From: Nitrosopumilaceae archaeon
GTDB lineage: Archaea > Thermoproteota > Nitrososphaeria > Nitrososphaerales > Nitrosopumilaceae
Length of the DNA: 64,000 nt
NCBI GenBank assembly: GCA_965207375.1
Contig: OZ242274.1
Coordinates: forward strand, 1,952,001-2,016,000
Direction: 5' to 3'
Shown here: piece after piece, positions 60,742 to 64,000 of the stretch
How positions within the stretch are numbered: the first letter of the stretch is position 1
How the letters are laid out: each line of letters begins with the position of its first letter
Made by a program: the position numbers and the translations under genes
Notes under the pieces: generated by a model
Told to the model about the DNA's origin: nothing
Database searches by the model: none
What the model saw: the letters and a program-made list of their open reading frames with translations, nothing else

Positions 60742-61047
60742 TGTGACCCTCGTGAACTGCTTTTGATTTGTGATTTAAATTTTATGAGTCTTGATCGCTG
60801 ATCGGGGAGGGTCTAGCGTAATTATACACAGTATGCCAATTATTTCAGATCTAAAAAGAATGAAGAGGTCAGATATAGGCATGAATTTGTTGGAGTTCTT
60901 TTGTTTAATAGGCCTAGTAAAATTTTCTAGATCGCATCTTGGTATAAGAGTCAGACCTAAAATTTCTCAGACAATAACACAACCTACCTAAACTAGTGAA
61001 AAGTGTGATAAATTTTGTGCTTAAAATTTGGATTACGCTACTAGCTA

Positions 61048-61108
61048 CCAAAATGCAAAGAGAATAATAGTAGCAGGGTAAGAATTTGGGCCACATTTCG
61101 CTTAGCTG
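61048..61108 (+). mobile_element. MITE family A, 5'-truncated copy
   Basis: CCAAAATGCAAAGAGAATAATAG...CCACATTTCGCTTAGCTG. Confidence 0.75.
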
Positions 61109-61265
61109 ACAAAAGTTATAGAATTATAATCAAGGCATACATCGATATATTTGGAGACGATTTCAAAGCATGCAATCCAGAAAACTTTCAACAGTTAACG
61201 CAGAAGAGCAGTTATCTCAAGTACTATCACGTGTTTGAATTATAATCACTGAAATTAATACAAGT

Positions 61266-62459
61266 CTAGAGTGCCCTGAACTGGTCACTCCATTTGTGAT
61301 ATGCTCTAATCATGTCTAATGAGACGCTTGGCTTTCTTTCTGCCATAATGCTTCTAAAATTGGCCATAGATATTGGCTCTGGTTGTGGTGGCTCCTCACC
61401 GTCTACTGGTTCATGATAATCAGGGGAGCTAAACAGTTGGTGTACTGCATGCAGCTGCGCACTTTGACATACATCCTTGATGTCACTTGCGCTGTATCCG
61501 TCAAACAGCTTTGCAAGTTCCATAGAGTTTACAGCGTGATCTTTGCATAATGGATCAGTATACAGATCAAATAGATTCTCTCGTGCCTCTTGGTTTGGCA
61601 GATTAACATAGATTCTCTTTTGAAATCTTCTCAAAAATGGAGAATCCAGACTCCAAGGTTTGTTTGTAGCACCTATGACGTATAATTTCAGATCCTTTCC
61701 TTTGTCGTTGATGCCGTCCATCTCAGTTAGAAACTGGTTTTTGGTGCGAACCTCTCCTCCGACCTCGCTGTTTCTTGAACCTAGTAAAGAGTCGACCTCA
61801 TCAACAAATAGAATCACAGGTTTGTTTTCTTTTTCGGCATACCCTCTTGCCATGCCAAATATTTTAGAGACATTTTTTTCTGCCTCGCCTAGCCATTTAC
61901 TCATCATAGATGCAGCATCTACATTGATAAAGTATCCATCAATTTCACTTGCAGTGGCTGCTGCAAGAATTGTTTTTCCACAGCCTGGCGGGCCGTACAG
62001 GAGCATTCCACGAGGCCATCCTAGTGGGAAAAGATCAGCCCGTTTAGTAGGATATACAATCGATTCACGTAATGCATTTTTTGCATCATCTAGTCCAATA
62101 ACTTCGGTCCAGCTAATATCAGGTTTTTCTTTTAGTATTAAATCTTCAAAATCGTTGTTTGCCTCCTGCTGGCCTAGAGATTTTTTTTGCTCCGCAGGAG
62201 AGGCGTTTGGATCAACTACAGGATCTGCACCATGTGCCTCCTGCAATGCCTTTATCCTATTATGATACGAATTTGTTCTTTCCTTGTAAATTGGGTTTAA
62301 TTTGCTTGCAGGGTACAGACGCATCAGTTTTACTAGTGTGTCAATTGCCTTTTGATAATTGGTAATTGCCATGCCTCGGGCACCTTGTGAATCGAATTTT
62401 ATTGCATCAGAGGCATACTTGCTTGCACTATTTTCTAATTCTTGTGGAGCCATACTCAT
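61266..62459 (-). CDS. cdvC: Vps4/CdvC AAA+ ATPase
   Basis: N-terminal MIT domain, GPPGCGKT, SKWLGEAEK, DEVD, RRFQKR. Confidence 0.92.
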   Translation of the reverse strand: MSMAPQELENSASKYASDAIKFDSQGARGMAITNYQKAIDTLVKLMRLYPASKLNPIYKERTNSYHNRIKALQEAHGADPVVDPNASPAEQKKSLGQQEANNDFEDLILKEKPDISWTEVIGLDDAKNALRESIVYPTKRADLFPLGWPRGMLLYGPPGCGKTILAAATASEIDGYFINVDAASMMSKWLGEAEKNVSKIFGMARGYAEKENKPVILFVDEVDSLLGSRNSEVGGEVRTKNQFLTEMDGINDKGKDLKLYVIGATNKPWSLDSPFLRRFQKRIYVNLPNQEARENLFDLYTDPLCKDHAVNSMELAKLFDGYSASDIKDVCQSAQLHAVHQLFSSPDYHEPVDGEEPPQPEPISMANFRSIMAERKPSVSLDMIRAYHKWSDQFRAL

Positions 62460-62538
62460 TTAGATTACCTAGGTTTTACTATAGATCTTTGTTGGTATGC
62501 TACGGTGTAAACCAGTATAACAAAAATGGTTAAATTAT

Positions 62539-62934
62539 TTACACTTGGTTTGGACGATTTTGTGGTTTGTGGGGCATGTCAAAATCCACCTTTGCAGCAA
62601 CTCGTGCCTGAATGGCCCGGATATGAGAGATTGACTCTTCAGCAGACAGTACTAGCTCCTCAATGTCGTCGTCTATATCCTCAATAGAGCGAGCCGATGA
62701 ATTTATCATATTTACAAATTCTTTGAGCAGTTCATGAAAGTCTTTTTTGTCCTCGTATTTGGTGAGAAGATAATCTGCCAGGTGCAAGATTTCGCTTAGA
62801 TCCTGTAGTTGTTCAGGAGTTAGGCGGTCAATTTTGGGATGATCAGAATTTATTTTCTTTTCAATTTTAGAGGAGAGCAATCTTACCTTTTCTAGGTCTT
62901 TTTTAAAATTACGTTTGGGGGACAAAATAGTCAA
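62539..62934 (-). CDS. hypothetical helical protein
   Basis: 131-aa ORF overlapping the upstream gene by 4 nt. Confidence 0.7.
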   Translation of the reverse strand: MTILSPKRNFKKDLEKVRLLSSKIEKKINSDHPKIDRLTPEQLQDLSEILHLADYLLTKYEDKKDFHELLKEFVNMINSSARSIEDIDDDIEELVLSAEESISHIRAIQARVAAKVDFDMPHKPQNRPNQV

Positions 62935-63482
62935 ACATTGCTGTTTCTTGGGGTTTGTAAATTAGGGTATTGCTTGCTAATTTTAGAGTCAGCCATCAAC
63001 TTTGCTTCATCTAAGATCAGGCAGGATTCAATGTTTGAGATACCAAAATCACAGGTGGCACTAGTAAGAATGGCAGAATCTGTCACAATACTTCCCAGAG
63101 TAGTAGATAATTCACACAGTTGCTGACTGCAGTCTGGCATCAGCTCAAATAGGCTTGAGCTAAGAGTTCGTATGGCAGGAATTGTAGGCGCAAGTGCTGA
63201 TGGAATGTTACACAGTTCACAAATGTCTGATATTTTTTTATGAATTTGCTCCAAAGATGCCACGGTTTGGTGTATTAGTCGCTCTTGATCTAGGTACTTG
63301 TCTGAAATCAAGTCATCTGCATGTGTCGAATTGATTTTTTTTAAATCAAGACCCTTTAATTCTAATTGTGAGACAATTTTATCAATTAATACTATACAAA
63401 ACCCCAGTCTGGGCCGCAATGTTCCTGCATGAGATATTGGGTTTTGAGAAATTACGGTAATCTGAAAAGATTGCTTTGGCAT
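62931..63482 (-). CDS. divergent ESCRT-III/CdvB-like protein
   Basis: SLEQI..LAPTIPAI..LMPD..ILDEA...YPNL pattern of thaumarchaeal CdvB paralogues; two genes from cdvC. Confidence 0.6.
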   Translation of the reverse strand: MPKQSFQITVISQNPISHAGTLRPRLGFCIVLIDKIVSQLELKGLDLKKINSTHADDLISDKYLDQERLIHQTVASLEQIHKKISDICELCNIPSALAPTIPAIRTLSSSLFELMPDCSQQLCELSTTLGSIVTDSAILTSATCDFGISNIESCLILDEAKLMADSKISKQYPNLQTPRNSNV

Positions 63483-63863
63483 GAAAAATAATTCAAAATT
63501 TTGTATTTGAGTTTCATGTATTACAGGTTATAGTAACCACAGTAACAAGATGGTGTAGTTACATTTTGGATTTTTTTGATAATCTATCGAATCAGGATAT
63601 GCAACAGGCAGATATCTACAATCAATATCTTTGTTCTCACACAAAAACGATAGCCCACAGACAGCAAAATACAATATTTTGAATGAAATAAAGTTGTACA
63701 AAATCACATCTACAAACTTTCAAAGAGATAAACATCAGAACAGACTAGTCTAGGCAATCATGTGCAATATCCATAAAAAATGACAGAGTTAGAAAAAAAT
63801 CACATTTTCAAAACAGGCAGGGTGTAAATTCGATGAATTTTGTTTTTAATATGATCACATATG

Positions 63864-63962
63864 CAGCTAAACAAAATGTGGGCAAAATAGGCCAAAATCT
63901 ACCCCAAAATGCAGAAAGCAATAGGGACAGGTTAAGAATTTGGGCTACATTTGGCTTAGCTG
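63864..63962 (+). mobile_element. MITE family A, copy 4 (99 bp)
   Basis: CAGCTAAACAAAATGTGG...CTACATTTGGCTTAGCTG. Confidence 0.8.
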
Positions 63963-64000
63963 TGTAAATTGTCAGAGTTTTATTCTAAAGAATCCATGAA

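Noticed and set aside
1-64000. CRISPR array or cas genes
   Set aside because: No regularly spaced repeat-spacer pattern; the tandem repeats found are intragenic and lack unique spacers.

Overview
Archaeal DNA from an ammonia-oxidiser-type thaumarchaeon (Nitrosopumilaceae-like, inferred from gene content: CdvC/Vps4 with a CdvB-like neighbour, aIF5A, PAC2 chaperone, NreA, geranylgeranyl reductase, BHB-intron tRNAs). Most of the window is core backbone (carAB, purM, MqnE-like radical SAM, aquaporin, BCP, LsrF-like aldolase, cation/H+ antiporter). It is interspersed with signs of erosion and mobility that suggest, by inference, a host-associated lineage: one intact ISBst12/IS66-type element with an 8-bp TSD, two decayed relatives, at least three families of ~80-100 bp MITE-like repeats, several pseudogenes, a branched-chain amino-acid ABC operon and lineage-specific secreted proteins. 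The most unusual signal is two tRNA genes that both carry the Phe anticodon GAA on non-Phe bodies. One (22999-23072) has the alanine G3:U70/A73 acceptor stem. The other (44875-44975) has a serine-type long variable arm and G73, with a canonical BHB intron. AlaRS and SerRS ignore the anticodon, so these could insert Ala or Ser at Phe codons. A poly-C tract that puts a secreted MORN-like protein out of frame with its upstream start (possible phase variation) is also notable. All calls come from reading the sequence by eye; no database searches were run.
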